Below, piece after piece: positions 1 through 9,332 of a stretch of 64,000 bases of DNA; the stretch's first letter is position 1; each line of letters starts with the position of its first letter. The stretch comes from an uncultured delta proteobacterium (lineage in GTDB: Bacteria; Desulfobacterota; BSN033; UBA1163): contig CAVPSJ010000019.1 in the NCBI GenBank assembly GCA_963708295.1, positions 64,001-128,000 of the forward strand. Reading direction: 5' to 3'. The position numbers were made by a program, and so were the translations under genes. Below the pieces are notes generated by a model, which had not been told where the DNA came from, did no database searches, and saw only the letters and a program-made list of their open reading frames with translations.

Positions 1-175
<175 letters not shown>

Positions 176-249
176 TTAGCTTGGAGCAGAGATCGTAATA
201 TTAAATCGAAATGAAACGATCAAGTTTTTTTTCCGAGCTCCGAACTTCA

Positions 250-1560
250 TCAAAAAGAATATCCTGCTTCGCCATGCTGACTGGTATCCAGACCAGTGAT
301 CTCATGCTCTTCGCTCACTCTCAAACCCATGGTCCGATCAAGGACCTTCAATAGGATCCATGTGACCACGAAGGAATAAACCCAAACTGAACCGATGCTG
401 AGTGCCTGAATCCCAATCAGCGAGGGATTTCCAAAGAGTAAGCCATTATTTCCTGCCGAATTAATTGCCTTTGTTGCAAACAACCCTGTCGCCAATACTC
501 CCCACGTGCTTCCTACTCCATGAACGCCGACGACATCGAGAGAATCATCGTATCTGAATTTGTTCTTCAGGTTAATGGCATAATAGCATAATACTCCGGC
601 AACCAGTCCGATGATGATCGCTGACATCGGACCCACGAACCCTGAGGCAGGTGTGATGGTAGCCAGTCCTGCAACGGCACCCGATGCTGCGCCAAGAACG
701 GTTGGGTTGCCCCTGCATGCCCATTCAGCGATCATCCATGAAAGAGCCGCGGAAGCGGCGGAGAATTGAGTCACGACAAAAGCAGAGGTGGCAAGCGAAC
801 CCGATGCGACTGCACTCCCCCCGTTGAAACCAAACCAGCCAAACCAGAGAATACCCGCACCCAGAAGGGTCATCGTCACATTGTGAGGAGGCATGAGTCC
901 ATTTCCATAACCCCTTCTCTTTCCCACGACCAGGGCAGCCGCCAGGGCAGAAACTCCAGAGCTGATATGAACGACCAGCCCCCCTGCGAAATCAAGCCCG
1001 CCAAGATTCCTGATCCAGCCCCCTACTCCCCAGACCCAATGGGCAATGGGATCATAGACAAATGTTGACCAGAGGATGAGAAAGACAAGATAGGTCTTAA
1101 ATTTAAATCTTTCAGCAAATGCGCCGGTAATCAATGCGGGTGTGATCACGGCGAACATCATCTGAAAGATCATAAAAGCCTGATGGGGGACGGTGGCAGA
1201 ATAGTCAGGGAATGGATCAAGTCCCACACCTCTGAGTCCTGCCCAATCAAGACTTCCAATCACATGACCAATATCCGGTCCAAACGCGAGACTGTATCCG
1301 TAGAAAGCCCACTGGATGGTGATCACCCCCAGTGCAATAAAGCTTTGCATGATCGTCCCCAGGACATTTTTTGTTCTCACCATGCCTCCATAGAAAAGGG
1401 CCAGCCCAGGCGTCATCAACATCACCAGGGCGGCGGAGATCAGAAGCCAGGAGGTATCTCCTGAATCCGTTTTGGGGAGTGAGGCTGCCGGTTCCCCGGC
1501 AAAGGCAAACCCTGCGATGGACATGCTCGCCAACAACGATAGGAATAGGATTTTTTTCAT
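250..1560 (-). CDS. amtB: Ammonium transporter
   Basis: FQMMFAVITPAL, DFAGGLVVH, WFGWFGFN, DDSLDVVGVHG motifs; GAGGAGG SD before ATG 1560; signal peptide. Confidence 0.97.
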   Translation of the reverse strand: MKKILFLSLLASMSIAGFAFAGEPAASLPKTDSGDTSWLLISAALVMLMTPGLALFYGGMVRTKNVLGTIMQSFIALGVITIQWAFYGYSLAFGPDIGHVIGSLDWAGLRGVGLDPFPDYSATVPHQAFMIFQMMFAVITPALITGAFAERFKFKTYLVFLILWSTFVYDPIAHWVWGVGGWIRNLGGLDFAGGLVVHISSGVSALAAALVVGKRRGYGNGLMPPHNVTMTLLGAGILWFGWFGFNGGSAVASGSLATSAFVVTQFSAASAALSWMIAEWACRGNPTVLGAASGAVAGLATITPASGFVGPMSAIIIGLVAGVLCYYAINLKNKFRYDDSLDVVGVHGVGSTWGVLATGLFATKAINSAGNNGLLFGNPSLIGIQALSIGSVWVYSFVVTWILLKVLDRTMGLRVSEEHEITGLDTSQHGEAGYSF

Positions 1561-1859
1561 CACACACCTCCTCTGAAAAATGTGGTTAGGCTCCACGAGT
1601 CGCATGAATAAGAAACAATCTTTATAAGTGACAAAAGCCCATTCCTCTTGGAACGGGCCTATCTTTTATAAAGGATGAATCTATTAAACCATTTGACTCC
1701 CACCCATTAAAGTGAGGCCCACTATATCAAAAAAGGATTGCAATAGCAATCATCTGAACCGTGGGGCGTAGGGTAAGAGCTTTTAAGGGACGTCGCTTGG
1801 GTCCCAGGGGTTGATGTGTTACATTATTTTTTAGACGGACCCCTGGAAAGGAATCCTGC

Positions 1860-2927
1860 TTGCCTGCACCACTCTGTTGGAAGACCGCTATCTACCTTTT
1901 GATCGCTCTCACCTGCTGGAGTTGGGCGACCATGGAGCTACCTTCCTCTTATGCCGATCCACCGCCCCACCACACCCGGAAAGGGTTCAGGAATCTTTAC
2001 GACCCTTCGGAGCGCGGCCTTGGAGACCTCTTACGATGGCAACTGGGCCTGGGTCCGAGTGAGTCTCCCCTCGTTTCCCCGGATCAACTTCCACCTTATC
2101 AACCCGACGTGGTTAAGCCGGATCTCCTTCGAATCAAGAACCCCGATCCAAATCAGATTCAGATCACCTGGATAGGCCATTCCACCTTCCTCATTCAAAC
2201 GGAGGGCGTTAATATTCTGACGGATCCAACCTTCAACGACCGCTCCTCACCTTTTTCTGTCGGAGGCATCAGACGTCTGGTGCCACCCGGCCTCAAGCTG
2301 GAGGACCTTCCCACCATTCATGTGGTGATGATCAGCCATAATCACTATGACCACCTGGATAAGCAGACGGTTGAGGGCCTGGGAAATAAGCCAATCTACC
2401 TCGCTCCTCTGGGCCTTGCCAAATGGCTTAAGAAGAGGAAAATAAAAAATGTCGTCGAGCTCGATTGGTGGCAAACCTCTTCACAGGCAGGGGTGAAATT
2501 TTATTCCGTGCCAGTTCAGCATTTCTCCGGAAGGACGCCTTTTGACCGGAATGAAACTCTCTGGTCGGGCTGGATCATCGAAGGCAAAATGGGAAAGATC
2601 TTCTTTGCCGGAGATACAGGATATTCACCTGTATTCAGGGAGATCGGAAAGCGCTTCGGGCCCATGAGAGTCTCACTGATTCCCATCGGGGCCTACAGGC
2701 CGAGGTGGTTCATGAAGCCGGTTCACGTCGATCCTCCGGAGGCGGTCCGGATCCACCGGGACACGAATTCTCAGCAATCCATCGCCTCACACTGGGGGAC
2801 CTTTAAATTGTCGGACGAGCCCATCGGGGAGCCTCCGCGCTACTTGGAAAAAGCTCTAAAGGAGGCGGGCCTTGACGAGAAAAAATTTATCATCATGAGG
2901 TTCGGGGAAACGCTCTCCTTTCGTTGA
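1860..2927 (+). CDS. Metallo-beta-lactamase-fold hydrolase (NAPE-PLD/RomA-like)
   Basis: WIGHST, ISHNHYDHLD, FAGDTGY, LIPIGAY, HWGTF motifs; start uncertain. Confidence 0.88.
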   Translation: MPAPLCWKTAIYLLIALTCWSWATMELPSSYADPPPHHTRKGFRNLYDPSERGLGDLLRWQLGLGPSESPLVSPDQLPPYQPDVVKPDLLRIKNPDPNQIQITWIGHSTFLIQTEGVNILTDPTFNDRSSPFSVGGIRRLVPPGLKLEDLPTIHVVMISHNHYDHLDKQTVEGLGNKPIYLAPLGLAKWLKKRKIKNVVELDWWQTSSQAGVKFYSVPVQHFSGRTPFDRNETLWSGWIIEGKMGKIFFAGDTGYSPVFREIGKRFGPMRVSLIPIGAYRPRWFMKPVHVDPPEAVRIHRDTNSQQSIASHWGTFKLSDEPIGEPPRYLEKALKEAGLDEKKFIIMRFGETLSFR

Positions 2928-2957
2928 ACAGTACAAACGTATTCAATCCCTTACCAT

Positions 2958-3237
2958 CGTCGTTGCGAGCGATCCCGCCTTGGCAGAAGAGCGTGCCTGC
3001 ACGCCGGAGTGTCTTCCACAAACGCAACACTTTGCGTAGATAAATGTTTCGGCACGCAGGCGTGGCAATCTTACCCCTCATTCTGAAAATCTCCCCCCTG
3101 CCTTCGTCCCGCGAGGCGGGACTTCGCGCAGGCAGGTCGCCCCTCTTTGCCAAAGACGGGTAATTCCTCCCTTTTGTAAATGGTTCGACAGGCTCACCAT
3201 CCTGAGCTTGCCGAAGGAGGAATGGGAGGAGGGATTT
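2958..3237. repeat. Composite nested REP-like palindromic elements
   Basis: GTCGTTGCGAG...GTGGCAATCT element (2958-3071) and AAATCTCCCC...GAGGGATTT element (3086-3237); the latter holds insert TGGTTCGACAGGCTCACCATCCTGAGCTTGCCGAAGGA, also at 11905-11942. Confidence 0.75.
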
Positions 3238-3303
3238 GGGACGTGGTTTTCAGGTGCACTCTTAATAAAATCAAAAATTGGGGATTGATCGGAAGGATGG
3301 ACT

Positions 3304-3708
3304 TCAGTTCAGGAAACGTTTGATAATAGGAATTTTGAGGAATTGTACGCCTTCCTCCTTGAGGATGACCTCTTCTTCTGTCGTGGCCGTCCCTTTAATA
3401 TTCCTCTTCTCAGCCTCGCCGTAATGAATCTTAAGCGCCTCTTTGTAAAACTCAGCTCCTACGTCCTCAAAATGCTTTTCTATAAATTCGCTAACCAACT
3501 GGAGGGCTTTGCGAGGATCACTCTCCTCTTTCACTTCTTCTCCCCCTTTCTTGATTCCAAAAGGAGAAAAGGCCTTTTCTATCCGATTGTCCTCACAAAA
3601 AGGGCACGTCAGGATACCCGCAGACTTCTGCTCCTCGAAGGAGGCACCGTCCTTGAACCAGCACTCAAATTTGTGGCCGTTCGAACAGAAAAGGTCAAAG
3701 GCAATCAT
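3304..3708 (-). CDS. DUF1178-family zinc-ribbon protein
   Basis: MIAFDLFCSNGHKFECWF...LTCPFC and EALKIHYGE..RNIKG signatures. Confidence 0.88.
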   Translation of the reverse strand: MIAFDLFCSNGHKFECWFKDGASFEEQKSAGILTCPFCEDNRIEKAFSPFGIKKGGEEVKEESDPRKALQLVSEFIEKHFEDVGAEFYKEALKIHYGEAEKRNIKGTATTEEEVILKEEGVQFLKIPIIKRFLN

Positions 3709-3896
3709 CGAAAAATGAATAACACGTTACGATTCTTTTGGCAAGCAAAAGAAAAATGGAATCGTCATCCCTCACTCTCCTGTGGAAACTGACGGGGTCG
3801 GGCATCACTTCGGATCGTCCGCTTGATTAGATTTTCGGAAACATTCCTCCCCGGCCGCGGGATCTCCCCTACCCTTCAGTGAGGGATGATGTAGAA

Positions 3897-4733
3897 TCAC
3901 CCTTTGTACGTCAGCACCCGGCCCCAAAGACTCTTCGTCCCCCAGATGCCCGAGCGCAGGCATTCCAGCTGGACGATCTGACTGTGATCGACGAAGAGAT
4001 TCACTTCGGGGCCGTAGTTCTTGATATACCAGGCAAAGACCTCCGGCTCAGCCGCTTCGAACATCACCTTGTCGAGCCCTAAGGCATTGACAATCTTGGC
4101 CGGTACATCGGTTCGCCATACTTTTACGTTCTCGGTGATCCCTTCCGATTCGATCATGATCATATAAGCCCCTGCGTCGACGAATCGCTTCGCCTGGAGG
4201 ATGGCCCATTCGGGATCCCGTGTGCCCTCGGCCTCCAATTCTTCCGCGGCGCTGGCGCCGCCCGCGCCGAACTGGATCCCCACTTCGGGTTTGGGTTTCA
4301 GTCCTGCTTTCTTCACCTTCTCGACCAGCCGCAGCCAGTCGTCGGTGGGGATCGTGATGAACCCGGCGGAGATCTCGATGATGTCGAACCCGAGGTTCTT
4401 GCACTCTCCGATGTACCGATCGACAGCCTCACGTCCCTGCGTCAGGACGTGTTCCATGAAGCCGCCGGTATCGACCAGGACATCGTATTCGTGACAGAGG
4501 TCGATGAGTTCCTGGAGGGCTTCTCGCGGCATCAAGCTGAAGGAACCACCCGCGAACTTAAGGGCATCCACATAGGCTCCCATCGTTTCCAGGACGTCCT
4601 GCAGATAACGCTTGCCCATCGGCGTGTAATAGGGACCGCGGATCTCGGTGACACCACGGGAACGAGGTTTCGCCGGACGCTCATTGACCTTTAAAAACTC
4701 GAAGGCTCTGGGGGCTGTTTTAGGTTTTACCAT
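3897..4733 (-). CDS. comA: Phosphosulfolactate synthase (ComA family)
   Basis: KPRSRGVTEIRGPYY, VDALKFAGGS, IEISAGF, MIESEGITE, GPEVNLFVD, LECLRSG; GAGGAGG SD. Confidence 0.88.
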   Translation of the reverse strand: MVKPKTAPRAFEFLKVNERPAKPRSRGVTEIRGPYYTPMGKRYLQDVLETMGAYVDALKFAGGSFSLMPREALQELIDLCHEYDVLVDTGGFMEHVLTQGREAVDRYIGECKNLGFDIIEISAGFITIPTDDWLRLVEKVKKAGLKPKPEVGIQFGAGGASAAEELEAEGTRDPEWAILQAKRFVDAGAYMIMIESEGITENVKVWRTDVPAKIVNALGLDKVMFEAAEPEVFAWYIKNYGPEVNLFVDHSQIVQLECLRSGIWGTKSLWGRVLTYKG

Positions 4734-4789
4734 TTCTTATTCCTCCTCGTTTGGAATACTCTGGGACCTCATTTCCCTCTCTGTCTCAT

Positions 4790-6164
4790 TTAAATCGATG
4801 GAACTCGGACCTTTCCCAATAATTCCGTTAAGTCAGAAACTTCCATGGACTCCAAACGTGAGACCGCACGGATGATTTCCTGGCACAACGATCGGTCCGC
4901 ATAGGGCGCTGCCAGTTTCTCGAACTTCTCGGCCGCCGTTTCCCAGGACATGGGGCGGGTCCGAAATCCTTCGTAGTCGCGCTTCTCTCTCTCCACCTTC
5001 TCGCCATCTCGAAGCGTCAATGTGACGCGGCACGGCATCTCGTCGGGAAATTCCCGGCTATATTCCGCTGAAGGCCTGATGGTCACTTTCTTCAGAAGGG
5101 ACTGAACGTCTTCCCTCTGGATGCGATCCGGTCGGTACTGCTCGGGCATCACCTGACCGTCCAGAATGGCGACAGCGACCAGGTAAGGCAGACTGTGGTC
5201 CGCCTCCTCTTTGGTCCCGACAAGCGTCTTGTCCCCTTCTTCTCCTCCGCCGATAATGTGATAGGCGACGTCGAAGATCTCAATTTCAGCCTTTGTCACA
5301 TCTTCCCCTCGTGAAACCATATTCCTGTTTCAATTCCAGGACGCCTTCCAAGGCAGACTGGGAGTGAATCTCAGCATTGTATCTCTTCAGGATCGTCAGG
5401 GTGACGCGTTCAAGATCTTCTTCCAACCAGTCGATCTCGAACTTACCGGCAACGGTCTCCATGAAACCCTTGTTCCCTTCAAACACCTCCAGAGGACCCG
5501 TGATGCCTCGCATGGCCAGGAAGGTTCCATGGGTGCAGCCGAAGGCCGTGTTCGGATAGGCCAGACCTTTCCAGTGAGAAAGCGCCCCGGTCCTGCTGAC
5601 CCGCAGGGCATTAAAGGCCGTCCCGCAGATGGCAATCGCATTCGCCGTACGGACCTCGTCCAAACCCAGCGCCTTGGAAACGCCGGCGGCGACCGCATAA
5701 GAACCCTGGGTCGTATGGTCAAAGCCTTTTGCCCGAACGGGCGCGACGTCGCTCAGACGACACTGAACCTGGTAGGCCACGGCCAGGGCGGTCAGAAGTT
5801 GCCGACCGCTTTGCTTGGCATACTCCGAAGCAGCCAGTACGGAACCGAGGTTGTCGCTGGGATGGCAGGTCTCACCCTTGGCCAGATAGCTGTCATTGAA
5901 GTCAAGATAGCGGACCAAGGCACTGTTATAGAGGGCCGCCCGGTCGGGTGCCGCTTTCCCCCCCCCGATCAGGGTACAGTGCCGGGCCCCGTCGAACTCT
6001 TCGACCTGGTCCTTGAGCATGCGAATGGGGTCTCCTTTCAGAGCTCCGATGCCGCATCCCAATCCGTCTAAGATCCGGATCTTGAGCTGACGACGGGCTT
6101 CCTCCGAAAGGTCCTCATACGAGGCCCGCACCACGAATTCAGCGAGTTGTTCAGCCTGCGTCAT
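4790..6164 (-). pseudogene. MmgE/PrpD-family protein, split by one frameshift near 5310
   Basis: N-part 5286-6164 (RYLDFNDSYL, CHPSDN, WKGLAYP, AEIHSQS) continues in another frame into 4790-5320 (EADHSLPY, DYEGFRTRPMSW); may be a sequencing indel. Confidence 0.85.
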
Positions 6165-6410
6165 ACCGCCCCCGCCCTGGTAAAGGTTGTGATCTCAGGA
6201 AGAACAGGTGCTCCAAGAGCCTTCGAATGAGCCCGATCGAAACGGCGAGCCAAACGATCAAAGTAATATACGCAGAACAGTGGGAGATTGCAACCAGGAA
6301 AGAGATCCCTGCGGCTCTTGCCAATTGGAAGGTACACGCCGTGCACATGCAGACCGGAAAAACGATACACCCCGCCTGTCTCGTAACCCAGGTATGGAGA
6401 TGGAGAAAAA
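6151..6410 (-). pseudogene. C-terminal remnant of a tellurite-resistance/dicarboxylate (TDT/SLAC1) transporter
   Basis: Frame of ORF 6151-6540 reads IVFPVCMCTACTFQLARAAGISFLVAISHCSAYITLIVWLAVSIGL, resembling the TDT C-terminal VFPxGMYTxCT motif plus final helix; no N-terminal part. Confidence 0.55.
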
Positions 6411-6412
6411 AA

Positions 6413-6973
6413 TTATTTAGCAAAATAAACTTCTTTCTCCGTTTCCGGGGCCATCTTCGCTTTTTGCGTCGTCGGCCTCTCTTGCAGTACCAGCAACAGG
6501 GCCCGGAGGACTTCCTCGTAGGGTGTAGCCCGGTCCTCACACCCTTCCAACATTCTTCTCAGAGAAGGGATAATATAGAGGGAGATCATATCCTCTATTT
6601 CCTCTCTATCCTCACCCTCGGCCAGGAATCGCAGCATGACGCCAAGATGGTCTGGCGATTCTTGGGCAGCTGAGAAATCATAAATCTGGTACAGCTCGTT
6701 TAACCCATCCAGGAATAGTCTGCGGTGACTTCCGTCTCCAAGCAGCTGGTAACCCACGTAAGGATAACAGACTCCATCGAGGCTAAACGTATCGTCATGG
6801 ACTTTTTCAATCCGACGGAAGGGAGTCTGCTCGACGAAGGTTTTGAACCGGTTCATCAGATCAGCAGCTTCCTGCCTGAAAGGAGTCAGGAGGGTGATAC
6901 ATTCGTTTACTTGATCCGTGAACGACGGCCCCGGGGGCTCAAGAATATGGCCAAACAGGCTATAAATTTCCAT
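6413..6973 (-). CDS. narJ: Molybdoenzyme assembly chaperone (NarJ/TorD-like)
   Basis: CYPYVGYQLLGD, ESPDHLGVMLRFLA and PYEEVL motifs; GGAG SD. Confidence 0.75.
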   Translation of the reverse strand: MEIYSLFGHILEPPGPSFTDQVNECITLLTPFRQEAADLMNRFKTFVEQTPFRRIEKVHDDTFSLDGVCYPYVGYQLLGDGSHRRLFLDGLNELYQIYDFSAAQESPDHLGVMLRFLAEGEDREEIEDMISLYIIPSLRRMLEGCEDRATPYEEVLRALLLVLQERPTTQKAKMAPETEKEVYFAK

Positions 6974-7403
6974 AAATTCTCCTTCCCTCGCTGTTTGAAG
7001 CTGTTGGTTTGGGTTTCAAATCGAGCCGCCAAGGTGAAGGGTTTCTTGGGCCTTCCGGTGTTGGGTCGATGACTCCCCCGGGATGCGGGCGGATCGTAAA
7101 CCCCTCTGGCCCGAACCATGACACACCATTCTCTTTCCACAGGGGAAGGGGTAAACCCTCCCCTGTGGACAAGTCTCCGCTCTCTTTTACAACCATTGAA
7201 ACGCACCGAAGGCCCGGATGTAAATCAGGTGAAGAGTGTATTTTAAAGGATAAAATTCAGTATTTGACCGTTGCCGCCGATGTGTCACGGAGGCTCTATT
7301 CCCATTTTTCGGCACAGGGACTGTATTTTTTGATGTTCAAATGATCTCACCAGCTTGGCTAATCTCTACCGCGATAGGGTCTATTTCAAATCCTTTTCGA
7401 CCC

Positions 7404-8541
7404 TTACCCGAGTTCCAATTTAAGCGAAAGAAATTTCAACATGTCCTTCAGCGTGATGACGCCTACCATCCGGTTCCCTTCGATGACGATGAGACGGCCT
7501 AACCCCGTTCGGGCCATGAGGGAGAGGGCCTTCATCGCGTCGGCCTGAGGTTCGATCGTATTTTCCGGCGAGCACTGCGTCGCCAGCTCTCTCACCGTTT
7601 TGAAGTTCCACTCTTCCCGCGGGAACCCCGTCCAATTGTTTGGTGGTAACACAACCGATGAGCTTGTCAGAGTCCTCTGTCACCGGAAACATCTTGAAGT
7701 GGTATTTATAGATATAATCCTCGACGAGCTGCCTCACAGAAGCCGATGGCGGCACCGTCACCGGATCGGTCTTCATAAAGCGGCGGACCTGCTCTCCTTC
7801 CAATGCCTTTCGTATGAGGACTTGCTGATACGACATCCGGGCGGCGCCCTGCAGAAAGACTCCCGATCAAGAACGACCAGATGCCTCCGATCAGATTTCC
7901 GGTGAAGAAAAACTGGAAACACGCCGAAGAACATAAGAAGGAGTGCAAACCCTGAGCCTATCCCCGAGGCGATGCGCGTTGCCCATCGAAGGTTCTTCTT
8001 AAAGGCCCACAAGACGGCCCGAAGCATTCGGCCGCCATCCAGAGGAAATGCGGGCAAAAGATTAAAGACGGCCAGAAGGCTGTTGATATAGGCAAGGTAC
8101 AGAACGACGCCATTGATCGAGACGGGCCACCCGAAACCGCGAACGCCCAGAATGTGGATTCCATAACAGGCAAGGGCAATGACCGATGCTGGAAAGAGGC
8201 CCCACCATCGCCACCAGAAATTCGGCTTTGGCGTTGGGGGGTTCTTCTCCCATTTCAGAGACGCCGCCAAAAATAAAAAGGGTAATCCCCTTCATGGGAA
8301 TGCCAAATTTCCTGGCGACGAGAGAGTGGAAGATTTCATGGAAGATGACAGAAAGAAAAAATCCGATCGCTCCGACCACTCCCATCGCCCAGTAGGTCTG
8401 TACCGAAAGGTACTTATACCGGAATGGGAAAAAGCCCACGGCAAGGGACCAGGCAACCAGGACCGCAATAATGACCCAACTTAAGTCGACCTGGACGTCG
8501 AAACCGAAAAGTTTAAATAACTTGATCCGTCTGCCAAGCAT
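7404..8541 (-). pseudogene. Site-2 protease (M50) with C-terminal CBS pair, about four frameshifts
   Basis: HEIFH and NLLPAFPLDGGR motifs and CBS segments spread over ORFs 8062-8559, 7773-8270, 7706-7948, 7420-7836 and 7404-7652. Confidence 0.85.
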
Positions 8542-8876
8542 GGCTCTCCTCCATGACAAAAACCCTCCGCCCGTGATTTCACCCGTTCGACCACGCGAAG
8601 CCTCACCGACGCTCTTTCAATGTCTATTTTCCACTCTATCCACTGAGATGTAAATAAGCAGCATGTCGTATTTCCACTCTCTAAACCCAGTATTTTCAAC
8701 CTGGGTCCATACCTGGACTGGAGCGGATCTGCGAAAAGTGTAGATTGGGAATATTCCCTCGAAAGGAGCCTGTCTCTCGAAAATACACCATTTATGCCTA
8801 AAAAATACAGGGTTTACCCCATTTATCTCCCCCCGGCATCGGCTGTAAGCTCTTCGTTGACGAGCCAGGTGAAACA

Positions 8877-9332
8877 ATGATGGAACCGATATCCAACGTG
8901 AATGTTCTCTCCCCATGGCAGCCGGGTATTCTGGCTTTGGGCGTCTTTGCTCTGATGGGTTTGGTCTTGATCGTCGCCTTCCTTCTTCTCGCAAGCTGGC
9001 TCGGTCAGAAAAAACCGAACCCTGAAAAGGTGAGGCCCTATGAGTGTGGCATTATTCCAACGGGGTCGGCTCGAATTCCTTATCCCGTGGCTTTTTATCT
9101 CACCGCCGCATTTTTTCTCATCTTTGACGTTGAAGCCGCCTATATTTTTTCCTGGGCCATTGCCTTCGACCGCCTCGGATGGTCGGGTTGGCTGCAGATT
9201 TCCTTCTTCATCGCCATACTGATGATCAGTCTATTCTATCTCTGGAAAAAGGGAGGCCTGGAGTGGGGACCGACAGCCCGGAAACACCCAGTTTCACCGG
9301 AAACATCATCCTTGCCAAGCTCGACGGACTGA
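8877..9332 (+). CDS. nuoA: NADH-quinone oxidoreductase subunit A
   Basis: [23 protein letters not shown]; first gene of the operon. Confidence 0.96.
   Translation: MMEPISNVNVLSPWQPGILALGVFALMGLVLIVAFLLLASWLGQKKPNPEKVRPYECGIIPTGSARIPYPVAFYLTAAFFLIFDVEAAYIFSWAIAFDRLGWSGWLQISFFIAILMISLFYLWKKGGLEWGPTARKHPVSPETSSLPSSTD

Noticed and set aside
1735-1765. Sigma-54 promoter for amtB
   Set aside because: GG-to-GC spacing is 11 nt, not 10.
3897-4733. Canonical coenzyme M biosynthesis operon
   Set aside because: No comB/C/D/E or xcb-type partner genes in the window.
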